Below, piece after piece: positions 53,908 to 63,266 of a stretch of 64,000 nucleotides of DNA. The notes beneath the pieces are model-generated. The model did no database searches, was not told the origin of the DNA, and saw nothing but the letters and a program-made list of their open reading frames with translations. The position numbers and the translations under genes are program-made. Each line of letters begins with the position of its first letter. The stretch's first letter is position 1. This stretch comes from an uncultured Planctomycetaceae bacterium (GTDB lineage Bacteria; Planctomycetota; Planctomycetia; Planctomycetales; Planctomycetaceae): assembly GCA_963815195.1 (NCBI GenBank), contig CAWFGE010000023.1, positions 256,001 through 320,000 on the forward strand, given 5' to 3'.

Positions 53908-54657
53908 ATGAAGATCCTGATCTTGGCGGACATCCATGCGAACTGGGAAGCGCTCCAAGCCCTGACTTTTCAGGAGCCGGTGTGGGATGCCTGCCTTGTG
54001 ATCGGCGACATCGTGGACTACGGGGTGAATCCCGCCCCGTGCGTGGACTGGGTCCGCGACCATGCCACCGCCTGGGTCCGCGGAAATCACGACCATGCCG
54101 TCGCCCAGCGCGTGCCCGCCAAGGGGGGCACCGGCTTTCGGGCGCTCGCCGCCGCGACCCGGCCGCTGCATTGGGAGCGACTCAACGATGTCCAAATGGG
54201 CTTTCTGGCCCGCATGCCTGTCACCCGCTATGTGAGCCTGGGCGATTTGACCTTTTTCCTCGTGCACGGCACGCCGCACGATCCTTTGGACGAATACCTC
54301 ACCGACAATCCCCAACTTTGGCAAAAACGCCTGGAGAATATCGAAGCCGACTTCGTGTGCGTCGGCCATACCCATTTGCCGTTCCATCTCGATCTGGGCG
54401 GGATTCAGGTGCTCAACCCCGGCAGCATCGGCCAACCCCGCGACGGGGACTGGCGCGGAAGTTACGCCGTCGTCGAAGACGGGCACGTGCGGTTTCACCG
54501 GTTTGAATACAACGTGGAAGCCACGCTACAGGAAATCCGCGACAGCGGCATCACCGGCGAAGCCCTGCAAACCGCCGAGCTGGCGCTCCGGCAAGGCGGC
54601 AAAACCATCAGCGCGCAAACCGCCTGGAACCCCGTCCTCGCCGAACGCTCGCTGTGA
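53908..54657 (+). CDS. Calcineurin-like metallophosphoesterase (YfcE/MJ0936-like)
   Basis: DIHAN, GDIVDYG, GNHD, HGTP, GHTH, NPGSIGQPRDG. Confidence 0.93.
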   Translation: MKILILADIHANWEALQALTFQEPVWDACLVIGDIVDYGVNPAPCVDWVRDHATAWVRGNHDHAVAQRVPAKGGTGFRALAAATRPLHWERLNDVQMGFLARMPVTRYVSLGDLTFFLVHGTPHDPLDEYLTDNPQLWQKRLENIEADFVCVGHTHLPFHLDLGGIQVLNPGSIGQPRDGDWRGSYAVVEDGHVRFHRFEYNVEATLQEIRDSGITGEALQTAELALRQGGKTISAQTAWNPVLAERSL

Positions 54658-54882
54658 TTGACGTTCGAATAAAATCCCCGAGCCGGGTGGCGATGTTGCC
54701 CAAGTCGGGAATCTTCACCGATTTCGTGCACTCGCGAACTCAATTTCGCGAGGGAAAAATCGGGCGGTTTGGCGGCTGAACGTCGCGGCCGAGCCGGCGA
54801 GCGGCTAGAATCGCGTGTTTGTGACTTTGTCCGATCGACCGACTTGCCACGCCGCGCATCCCTTGAGAAAAACCGAAGACCA

Positions 54883-57084
54883 ATGAAACAAAACTTCTTT
54901 CTGTTGATCTGGTTGGCTTTGCCGCTCGCATCGTCCTTTGCGGAGGAGCGGCCCAACATTGTTTTCTTTTTCGCCGACGATCAAACCACGAGCACGCTGG
55001 GGTGTTATGGCAATTCTGTGGTGAAGACGCCCAACATCGATGCGCTGGCCCAGCGGGGGACGCGGTTCAAGAACGCCTTCGTCAGCCATTCCATCTGCTG
55101 GGTCAGCCGGACCACGATTCTCACCGGGCTGACGGGGCGAAGCTACGGCACACCCGACAACCCGGAACAGACCCGGCCGGACGCGGCGAAAACACTTTTC
55201 TCCGACATCCTGCACGCGAGCGGTTACCGCACGGGCTTTTTTGGAAAATGGCACGCCAAGATGCCCCAAGGCTATCGGCCAGCGGACCATTTCGACCGGT
55301 TTGAAGCGATCTCCCGCAACCCGTATTACAAGAAGCAGGCCGACGGCAGCCTCCGGCACGAAACGGAATTGATCGTGGACCGGGGCATCGACTTCATCCA
55401 GTCGCAGCCCAAAGGCCAGCCGTTCGCTTTGAATCTGTGGTTCAACGCCTGTCATGCCGAGGATGGCGACCGCCGGCCGGGCATCGGACATTTCCCCTGG
55501 CCGCGGGCGGTGGATGGAATGTACGAAGATGTCGAGATCGCACCGCCCCGGCTCGGCGATCCGAAAATCTTTGACGCGTTGCCGGACTTTCTCCAGACCA
55601 CGATCAACCGCGAACGCTATTTCTGGCGGTGGAACACGCCGCAGAAATACCAGACCAACATCCGGGCCTATTACCGGATGGTCAGCGGCATCGACGGGGC
55701 GATCGGCCGCTTCTTGAAGGCCCTCAAAGAGGCGGGGCTGGCGGAGAACACGATCATCGTGTACTCGGCCGACAACGGCTATTACATGGGCAATCGCGGC
55801 CTGGCGGGGAAGTGGTCGCATTATGAGGAATCGCTCCGCGTGCCCTTGATCATCGTCGATCCCCGCGTTCCCGCCGGCGGGCAGGGAAAAGTGACGGACG
55901 CGATCGCGCTCAATCTCGATTTGCCGGCCACGTTTCTGGATGTGGCGGGCATCGAGATTCCCGCGCGTTATCAGGGCCGAAGCTTAAAGCCTCTTGTCAC
56001 CGCGGGAACTCCGGACGACTGGCGAACCGAATCTTTCCACGAACACTTCGCCGTGCGAAATCGCATTCCCGCTTTTGAAGGTTTGCGGAACGAGGATTTC
56101 AAATATGTCCGCTATTTCGATCACGGCCACCATGAGTTTCTGCACGATTTGAAGAACGATCCCGACGAGTTGGTCAACCTGGCCCCGGATCCGAAACACG
56201 CGAAAACTTTAGAGGCCATGCGGAAACGCACGACGGAGCGCGTTAACGAACTTGGCGGAGAGCTCGATCCGCTTCGCGGCCCGTTCCGGGCGTCAACAGT
56301 GCCCCATCCCCATGCCTCCGCCACGGTCGGCGCGAGGCCCGATCTCCAAGGCTTCGTCAAAATCTTCGATGGCAAGACGCTCCGGGATTGGGCCGGCGAT
56401 CGAGAGTATTGGTCGGTCCAGGACGGGGCGCTGACCGGCAAGACGGATGGCTCCTTGAAAATGAACCGCTTTCTCACCTGGAAAGATGCCACCATCCGCA
56501 ACTTCGATTTGCAGGTCAAAGTCAAAGTCAGTCCGGGCGGCAACAGCGGCCTTCAGTACCGAGGCACATCGCGGCCCGATCTGGGCCTGGATGTCGTCAC
56601 CGGCTACCAATGCGACGTGGTCGCGAACAATCCGGACTACAACGGAATGCTTTACGAAGAAAAAGGCCGCCGGATTCTCTCGCACACTGGCGAACGCGTC
56701 ATCATTGACGCCGACGGTCAGCCGTGGATCGTGCAGAAATTGCCCCTCACGAATTTTGCCCCCGGCGAGTGGCACGACTACCGCGTTCTCGCCCGAGGCA
56801 ATCACTACCAACATTGGATCGACGGGAAGATGACGACCGATGTGATCGATCTTGATGAAAAGCACCGTACCCTGGAGGGAGTTCTCGCCGTGCAAGTCCA
56901 TGTGGGTCCAGCGATGACCATCCAATACCAGGATTTCAAAATCAAGCACCTTTCCGACGAATTGCCGCTGGAAAAAGCGGAAGACCATCCCATCCCTGAG
57001 GATGCCCAGGGCGTTCGCCCCCAAGGCCGGCTTCCCAAAGACTGGAAGCCTCCCATCTACGGCCGGCGAAAGGCGGCAAAGTAG
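54883..57084 (+). CDS. Sulfatase fused to DUF1080 (3-keto-disaccharide hydrolase-like domain)
   Basis: Signal peptide; NIVFFFADD, CWVSRTTILTG, GKWH, ADNG; C-terminal FDGKTL..W, GNSGLQYR, GYQCD, AVQVH. Confidence 0.9.
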   Translation: MKQNFFLLIWLALPLASSFAEERPNIVFFFADDQTTSTLGCYGNSVVKTPNIDALAQRGTRFKNAFVSHSICWVSRTTILTGLTGRSYGTPDNPEQTRPDAAKTLFSDILHASGYRTGFFGKWHAKMPQGYRPADHFDRFEAISRNPYYKKQADGSLRHETELIVDRGIDFIQSQPKGQPFALNLWFNACHAEDGDRRPGIGHFPWPRAVDGMYEDVEIAPPRLGDPKIFDALPDFLQTTINRERYFWRWNTPQKYQTNIRAYYRMVSGIDGAIGRFLKALKEAGLAENTIIVYSADNGYYMGNRGLAGKWSHYEESLRVPLIIVDPRVPAGGQGKVTDAIALNLDLPATFLDVAGIEIPARYQGRSLKPLVTAGTPDDWRTESFHEHFAVRNRIPAFEGLRNEDFKYVRYFDHGHHEFLHDLKNDPDELVNLAPDPKHAKTLEAMRKRTTERVNELGGELDPLRGPFRASTVPHPHASATVGARPDLQGFVKIFDGKTLRDWAGDREYWSVQDGALTGKTDGSLKMNRFLTWKDATIRNFDLQVKVKVSPGGNSGLQYRGTSRPDLGLDVVTGYQCDVVANNPDYNGMLYEEKGRRILSHTGERVIIDADGQPWIVQKLPLTNFAPGEWHDYRVLARGNHYQHWIDGKMTTDVIDLDEKHRTLEGVLAVQVHVGPAMTIQYQDFKIKHLSDELPLEKAEDHPIPEDAQGVRPQGRLPKDWKPPIYGRRKAAK

Positions 57085-57245
57085 CGGAAGAACCTTAAAG
57101 CAACAGTTATCATGCCCTTCGGAATCCGTTCGGTCCATTTTGTTTTTCATGTTTGGGACCGCCGGTTTTGAGGAGTCCAATCGGCGTTGTGGGGAATCCG
57201 GGGAACCTCCCAGCTTTGGAGACGGCCGTCAAAGGAAATCGCTCC

Positions 57246-59258
57246 ATGACGCTTGATGACATTTTGGATCAATTGAACCGGCCGGACGTGAAGGCGGAGC
57301 AGTTGTTGGATCAGTGCCGATCCCCCGATCTGAGCCTGTGGGAAAAGCATCCCGAGCTGTACCTGCGGTTCGTCAAACGTTTGATCGAACAAGGCCACCC
57401 CAGCCGGGCGTTGGACTTGGCCCGCGAAGGCGAGCAGCACCTCAAAGGGAATGTTCGCTTGCAGTACCAGTTGGCACTGGCCGCGGCCCGGGGCGGCAAT
57501 CCGGGATATGCCGAGGTCCTGCTCGCACCGCTCCTGGAGAAGGCCGTGAACCCGTCCGAGGAACAACCCGAGGATTGGGATGCGTCGCTCCGCGTGGATG
57601 TGATCGCGCTCAAGGGGCGGATCCTGAAAGACCGCTCGGACCGCGAACCGGAACTCGCGGCGGAATCGGCCGCATGGTACGAGCGGGCGGCCCGCGTGCC
57701 CGGGGCGGATGATCTTCCCGATGCGGGCACCTTTCCGCTGATCAACGCCGCGACCATGTGGCGGCTGGCGGGAGACGAGGAAAAATCGCGGAGCATCGCC
57801 GAAGACGTCGTGCGGCGAATCGGTCCGGTCGCGGAAAAAGCCGCCGTCGCCGGCGATCTTTGGCCCGCCGCCACGTTGGGCGAGGCCCTGTTGCTTTTGG
57901 GGGAATACAAGGAGTCGGCGACGTGGTATCTTCGCGCTGTGGAGGTCGCGAACTCGCGGGGCGATTTGGGGAGTCTGGTGGCGATCCGCAACAACCTCCG
58001 CCGCCTGCAAAAGGCCGGAGCCACCGCCGACCCCAACTTCCTCGACGAGCACATCGGCACGGTCGTGGTCTTCAGCGGCCACATGATCGATTCGCCCGAC
58101 CGTTTGGAACGGAACCGTCCGGCGCGGTTTCCCAACCACGAGCCCCTGGTCGAAGCCGCCGCCGGGGCCATTCGGGATCAACTCGAACAGCTGAACGCCA
58201 AAGTCGGCTACTGCTCGCTGGCGTCGGGCGGGGACATCTTGTTCGCCGAAGCGATGCTCGACCGGGACGCGGAACTGCACGTCGTCCTCCCGTTCGCGCA
58301 GCCGGATTTCTTGCGGATGAGCGTCGATTTCGGTCAGCACGACGCCAAATGGCGGCGGTGGCGGATGCGGTTCGACCGGATCATGGAACGATTGGAAAAA
58401 ATCTCGAAGACCCGCGTGCGGTACGCGACCTCGGAATCCTATCTTGGGAGCAACGAGCTTTTCGGGTTCACCAATTCAATCCTGCAAGGGCTGGCCGTGC
58501 TGCGCGGCCGATCCCGCACCACGGTGCCGACGGCCCTCGTGCTGATCGACGAATCGGACCCCGGCGAGACGGGCGGCTCGGCGGTATTTCTGAACGACTG
58601 GACCGCCGCCGGATACCCGAGCTGCAAGATCGATCTGGCCGCCCTGCGCCGGGATCATCCCGTCCCCAATTTGCCCCTCGAACAGAGCGCGGCCCCGCCC
58701 GTGACGGGCAAATTAAATCGCCCCGTAAAAGCCATGCTCTTCGCGGATGTCGCCAACTTCAGCAAAATCAAAGAGTGGCAACTCTCGGAGTTCCTCACAT
58801 CATATAGCGACTATCTCCGCGGACTGTTCGCCTCGCCCGCGGGAAAAAAGGCCGTCTACGCGAACACGTGGGGCGACGGGCTTTATGTGGTTTTTGACAA
58901 AGTCGCCGATGCCGCGGACTTTGCCAGCGAATTGGTGGAGCCGACCGTCACCACGCCGCCACAATGGGCGTTGTTCGGCCTGGGATCATTGACGCCGTTC
59001 CGCATCGGCCTGCACGCGGGGCCGGTGTTCGAGCTGACGAATATGTTTCAGGGGCGTTCGGAATACGCCGGCCAACACGTGAACCGCGCCGCCCGCATCG
59101 AACCGGTCACGCTCCGCGGCTGCGCCTATGCCAGCGAACCCTTCGCGGCTTTGCTGATGATGGAAGCCGGCCACCGTTTCGTGATCGAATCCGTCGGCGT
59201 CCATTCGCTCGCCAAAGACTACGACCGCTGCCCGCTCTATCGCCTGCAAAGAGTGTGA
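57246..59258 (+). CDS. TPR-like + SLOG-like + class III nucleotide cyclase multidomain protein
   Basis: LKGRILKD, INAAT, WPAATLGEA (TPR/DUF4071-like); FSGHMID, SLASGGDILFAE, VVLPF (SLOG-like); FADVANFS, WGDG, RIGLHAGPV, VNRAARIE (cyclase). Confidence 0.85.
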   Translation: MTLDDILDQLNRPDVKAEQLLDQCRSPDLSLWEKHPELYLRFVKRLIEQGHPSRALDLAREGEQHLKGNVRLQYQLALAAARGGNPGYAEVLLAPLLEKAVNPSEEQPEDWDASLRVDVIALKGRILKDRSDREPELAAESAAWYERAARVPGADDLPDAGTFPLINAATMWRLAGDEEKSRSIAEDVVRRIGPVAEKAAVAGDLWPAATLGEALLLLGEYKESATWYLRAVEVANSRGDLGSLVAIRNNLRRLQKAGATADPNFLDEHIGTVVVFSGHMIDSPDRLERNRPARFPNHEPLVEAAAGAIRDQLEQLNAKVGYCSLASGGDILFAEAMLDRDAELHVVLPFAQPDFLRMSVDFGQHDAKWRRWRMRFDRIMERLEKISKTRVRYATSESYLGSNELFGFTNSILQGLAVLRGRSRTTVPTALVLIDESDPGETGGSAVFLNDWTAAGYPSCKIDLAALRRDHPVPNLPLEQSAAPPVTGKLNRPVKAMLFADVANFSKIKEWQLSEFLTSYSDYLRGLFASPAGKKAVYANTWGDGLYVVFDKVADAADFASELVEPTVTTPPQWALFGLGSLTPFRIGLHAGPVFELTNMFQGRSEYAGQHVNRAARIEPVTLRGCAYASEPFAALLMMEAGHRFVIESVGVHSLAKDYDRCPLYRLQRV

Positions 59259-59303
59259 GAAGGTCAACGCCGTTTGCGGATGTTCAAGGAGCTCTCCCGG
59301 AGC

Positions 59304-61157
59304 TTACTCTTTCGGCCAGCCGGGGACGGGGTTATTGAGCGGTTCCGCAAAGGTGGGGTCGTGGCTCAAGAGCATATCCGGGCCGACGAAATAAGTGTGA
59401 AAGTCCGCCACGACGAGGTTATACGCCTGCTGGGGTTTGGTTTCGACTAACTCATCGAGTTTCGCAGCGCCATTGGCCGTGTGAAACAGCGAACCGGGGG
59501 CCGCATCGCGCATCTTGAGCCAGCCCTTGCCGGAAATCCAAAACGTGTGGCCCAGAGTGCAAGTCATCTCGGTTTTGCCGAACCGGGCGGTCACCACGTC
59601 CGCCGGCGGACGCACGGTGGTTCTGAGCACCGGCTGGTAAGCCAGTTCGCCGGTACGCGGATGCTGGGACAAGACCAGATCGCCGACCTGTACTTTTTCC
59701 ACGGGGACGTATCCCTGGTCCGTCCAAATCGGCGTGCCGGCTGTGAGACAGGACATCGGCCCCAATCGCACGAGTCTCAATACAGCCGTGCGCACAACTG
59801 TTTCGCGAGCGTCCGTGTAAACGACGTACTCCATAGGTTTCTCGTCGGGCCTGAAGAGTTGATTGTAATCGTCCCACCACTTCCACCATTTCTTGGGATC
59901 GTTTGGCAAATCCAATCCCGTGGCGGTTTTGAGGACGGCGAAGATCCGATCGTTCGATTCTTTCAGCCGATCGTTTTTCAAGTCCGCCGCGCGATGCTGC
60001 GAATAAGCCTGAAGTTGCTTCTCTAACACTTCGATTTGCATGATCCGGTTGGATTGGTTGCGGTCCGTCAGGTTAATTCTTTGCCATTTGCTTGGGGTAA
60101 AAAACGAGGCCGCGGGAGAACCCGCCAACGGTGGGAGCACATAATTGCTGCGAAACCCAACCTGCGAGTCCCTCCCCGCAATTTGGCGAACGTCTTTCGT
60201 TTCGCTCCGGATGAGATGCGTCAGCCGGACGCCGCTGCGGCCCACGTACAAATGCATTTGCGACTGGATCGGCGTGTGCAGGGACTCCATCAACACGGGG
60301 ACGTAAGTCTCGGGCGGCCGCGACCGAAGCGCTTCGGCAGCCGCTTCGCGGATTGTGACATAGGGAGATAGCACCGCTTGCCGGGCCAGAGAGCGGTCGG
60401 CTTCCACGAGCTTCATTTTCGAAAGCACGTCCACCAACACCTCCGCGGTCTGCCGCGACTTGTCGGACAACGCCGCTTCCAGCGCGGGCAGCACGTCGGG
60501 ATCGTCGATCGCCAAGAGTTCCTGTTGGGCTTTCTCCTGGAGGTCTTTTCGCGGACTTTGCAGTTGCCGGGCGAGGATTTCCAATCTGGGCCGCCACTTT
60601 TTCGCCGCGGCTTCGATTCGCTCGGCCGATTCCAAACTCTCGGCCAGTTCCACGGGCGACATCCAGGCCCCATCCACAAATTGATGCCCCAACCGTGCGC
60701 GGAGTTTTACGTTATTCGCGTTTTGGGAAAGTTCCAAAGCCGCGATCAAGTGGGCCTGTTCCCGCAGAGGCAGGTCGTGGTCCCGGCACCAATCGGCGAG
60801 CTTCAAATGTTCGCCTGCCGTTTGGGGCTTGGGCTTTCGGAGCTTGCGGTATTCCTGCACCTCGGGCCGCTTGGCTTCCTCGGCAGGAATGTCGCGGTAA
60901 TCCTGCCACTCGTCCTGATAGACCAACTCTCCCAACTGCCAGCGCACCGCTGCGGAATTGTTGTCTTTCTTCAAGGCCCATTCCAAAAGCTCCTGCCGTT
61001 TGGCGATATTGCCCTCGATCTCGTGCTGCATGGCGCGACGAATCAGCGTTTCCACGAAATCGGCTTTGGATGGAGGCGCGGCATATGCCGCGGAAGGGTC
61101 GAGAATCAGCCCAATGCCCAAAAGGGGCAGCAGAAGAAACCGAAAGGCAACAGACAT
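59304..61157 (-). CDS. Secreted HEAT-repeat protein with C-terminal polymorphic-toxin-type HINT domain, paralogue 1
   Basis: Signal peptide; LADWCRDHDL; HEAT-like helices; SCLTAGTPIWT...GH.F...YNLVVADFHTYFVG...SHD. Confidence 0.88.
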   Translation of the reverse strand: MSVAFRFLLLPLLGIGLILDPSAAYAAPPSKADFVETLIRRAMQHEIEGNIAKRQELLEWALKKDNNSAAVRWQLGELVYQDEWQDYRDIPAEEAKRPEVQEYRKLRKPKPQTAGEHLKLADWCRDHDLPLREQAHLIAALELSQNANNVKLRARLGHQFVDGAWMSPVELAESLESAERIEAAAKKWRPRLEILARQLQSPRKDLQEKAQQELLAIDDPDVLPALEAALSDKSRQTAEVLVDVLSKMKLVEADRSLARQAVLSPYVTIREAAAEALRSRPPETYVPVLMESLHTPIQSQMHLYVGRSGVRLTHLIRSETKDVRQIAGRDSQVGFRSNYVLPPLAGSPAASFFTPSKWQRINLTDRNQSNRIMQIEVLEKQLQAYSQHRAADLKNDRLKESNDRIFAVLKTATGLDLPNDPKKWWKWWDDYNQLFRPDEKPMEYVVYTDARETVVRTAVLRLVRLGPMSCLTAGTPIWTDQGYVPVEKVQVGDLVLSQHPRTGELAYQPVLRTTVRPPADVVTARFGKTEMTCTLGHTFWISGKGWLKMRDAAPGSLFHTANGAAKLDELVETKPQQAYNLVVADFHTYFVGPDMLLSHDPTFAEPLNNPVPGWPKE

Positions 61158-61385
61158 CGCGAAACCTCCAAGGGAGTTGGGGTGCACCGGACCGCAAAAC
61201 CCGCATTTGCAGCGTTTTATCGAGTCGGCCAGCGCGATTCCAGGAGCGATCCGGTCGGAAAAGAACCGAATCGGATCCGCTGTTAATCATATGCGCCCGC
61301 GGGCAGTTTTTGATCGCGTTATTGTGGATTTTTTCCGCAAGGGGTTTATTCCCCTCGCCTTGCGCCTCGCGTTGGTGATATTCTC

Positions 61386-63212
61386 CTAATCCTCCATGCC
61401 CGGGACGAGGTTATTGAGCGGTTCCGCAAAGGTCGGGTCGTGGCTCAAGAGCATATCCTGGCCGACGAAATAAGTGTGAAAGTCCGCCACGACGAGGTTA
61501 TACGCGGGCAGTGGTTTGGCTTCGACTAACTCATCGAGTTTCGCCGCGCCGTTGGCCGTGTGGAACAGGGCGCCAGGGGCCGCATCGCGCATTTTGAGCC
61601 AGCCCTTGCCGGAAATCCAGAACGTGTGGCCCAGAGTGCAGGTCATCTCGGTTTTGCCGAACCGGGCGGTCACCACGTCCGTCGGCGGTCGCACGGTGGT
61701 TCTCAGCACCGGTTGGTAGGCCAGTTCTCCCGACTTGGGATGTTGGGACAACACGAGATCGCCCACCTGCACTTTTTCCACGGGCACATAACCCTGATCC
61801 GTCCAAATCGGCGTCCCGGCCGTGAGACAGGACACCGGGATGACGATCGGAGAACACACAACCTCCCTCGCATCAGTGACGAAATACTCAATGGGCTTCT
61901 CATCAGGCGTATAGAGTTGGTTGTAATTTTCCCACCACTTCCACCACTTTTTGTGGTCGTTGGGCAAATTCAAGCCTGTCGCACTCTGGAGCGAGGCGAA
62001 GATGCGATCGTTCCATTCCTTCAGTTGGTCGTTTTTCAAGTACACCGCCCGTTGTTGCGCATAGGCCTGAATCTGCTTTTCCAATACTTCGGTTTGTATA
62101 GCGCGGTGGTATTTATTTTGTTCAGACTGGTTCCATGCGGCGCGTACGAGGCTGCTCCCTTTTCCGAAGGCTAACCCAGATCCTCGAAGTATTAACGGGA
62201 AACGACGAAACCCCACCTGCGAATCTAGCTCTGCGAGCTGGCGAACGTCCTTGGCCTCGCTGTCGAGCAGATGCGTCAGCCGGACTCCGCTGCGGCCCAC
62301 GAACAATCGCACTTGCGACTGGATCGGCGTGTGCAGGGACTCCATCAATAGGGGGACGTAAGATTCCGGCGGGCGGGACCGCAGGTTTTTGGCGGCGGCT
62401 TCGCGGATGGTGACATAGGGCGATAGCACCGCTTGCCGGGCCAGAGAGCGGCCGGCTTCCACGAGCTTCAATTTCGAAAGCACGTCCACCAACACCTCGG
62501 CGGTCTTGAGCGATGTCTCGGACAACGCCGCTTCCAGCGCGGGCAGCACGTCGGGATCGTCGATCGCCAAGAGTTCCTGTTGGGCTTTCTCCTGGAGGTC
62601 TTTTCGCGGACTTTGCAGTTGCCGGGTGAGGATTTCCAATCTGGGCCGCCACTTTTTCGCCGCGGCTTCGATTCGCTCGGCCGATTCCAAGCTCTCGGCC
62701 AGTTCCACGGGCGACATCCACGCCCCATCCACGAATTGATGCCCCAACCGTGCGCGGAGTTTTACGTTATTCGGGTTTTTAGAAAGTTCCAAAGCCGCGA
62801 TCAAGTGGGCCTGTTCCCGCAGAGGCAGGTCGTGGTCCCGGCACCAATCGGCGAGCTTCAAATGTTCGCCTGCCGTTTGGGGCTTGGGCTTTCGGAGCTT
62901 GCGGTATTCCTGCACCTCGGGCCGCTTGGCTTCCTGAGGTGGAATCTGCCGATAATCCCGCCATTGGTCCTGATACTTGAGTTCTCCCAAGAACCAATGC
63001 GTGGGCGCGGCTTCCTGGTCCTTTTTCAAAGCCCAATTAAGTAGCTCCTGCCGCTTGGCGAGGTTCCCGTCGATCTCGTGCTCCAGCGCTCGGCGGACAA
63101 GGGTTTGAGCGAAATCGGCTTTGACGGGCGGAGCGGCGTCACCCGCGGAGGGCCCCAAAATCAGCGCAACACCCGACACGGGCAGCAGGAAAAACCGAAA
63201 GGCAATAGACAT
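61386..63212 (-). CDS. Secreted HEAT-repeat protein with C-terminal polymorphic-toxin-type HINT domain, paralogue 2
   Basis: Same architecture as 59304-61157 with long near-identical DNA blocks; RBS AGGAGG. Confidence 0.88.
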   Translation of the reverse strand: MSIAFRFFLLPVSGVALILGPSAGDAAPPVKADFAQTLVRRALEHEIDGNLAKRQELLNWALKKDQEAAPTHWFLGELKYQDQWRDYRQIPPQEAKRPEVQEYRKLRKPKPQTAGEHLKLADWCRDHDLPLREQAHLIAALELSKNPNNVKLRARLGHQFVDGAWMSPVELAESLESAERIEAAAKKWRPRLEILTRQLQSPRKDLQEKAQQELLAIDDPDVLPALEAALSETSLKTAEVLVDVLSKLKLVEAGRSLARQAVLSPYVTIREAAAKNLRSRPPESYVPLLMESLHTPIQSQVRLFVGRSGVRLTHLLDSEAKDVRQLAELDSQVGFRRFPLILRGSGLAFGKGSSLVRAAWNQSEQNKYHRAIQTEVLEKQIQAYAQQRAVYLKNDQLKEWNDRIFASLQSATGLNLPNDHKKWWKWWENYNQLYTPDEKPIEYFVTDAREVVCSPIVIPVSCLTAGTPIWTDQGYVPVEKVQVGDLVLSQHPKSGELAYQPVLRTTVRPPTDVVTARFGKTEMTCTLGHTFWISGKGWLKMRDAAPGALFHTANGAAKLDELVEAKPLPAYNLVVADFHTYFVGQDMLLSHDPTFAEPLNNLVPGMED

Positions 63213-63266
63213 GATGAAGCCTCCTAAAAAGGAATGCTCGAGCCGATCGGCCCGGAGGGGAATGCG

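Noticed and set aside
59304..63212. Diversity-generating retroelement explanation for the paralogue variation, given an Avd-like gene in the window
   Set aside because: No reverse transcriptase is visible, the differences include indels and unalignable blocks rather than adenine-specific substitutions, and the four-helix-bundle gene is 48 kb away.
59304..63212. Classical polymorphic toxin-immunity locus
   Set aside because: Only about 16 aa follow each HINT domain, and there is no small immunity ORF after either gene.
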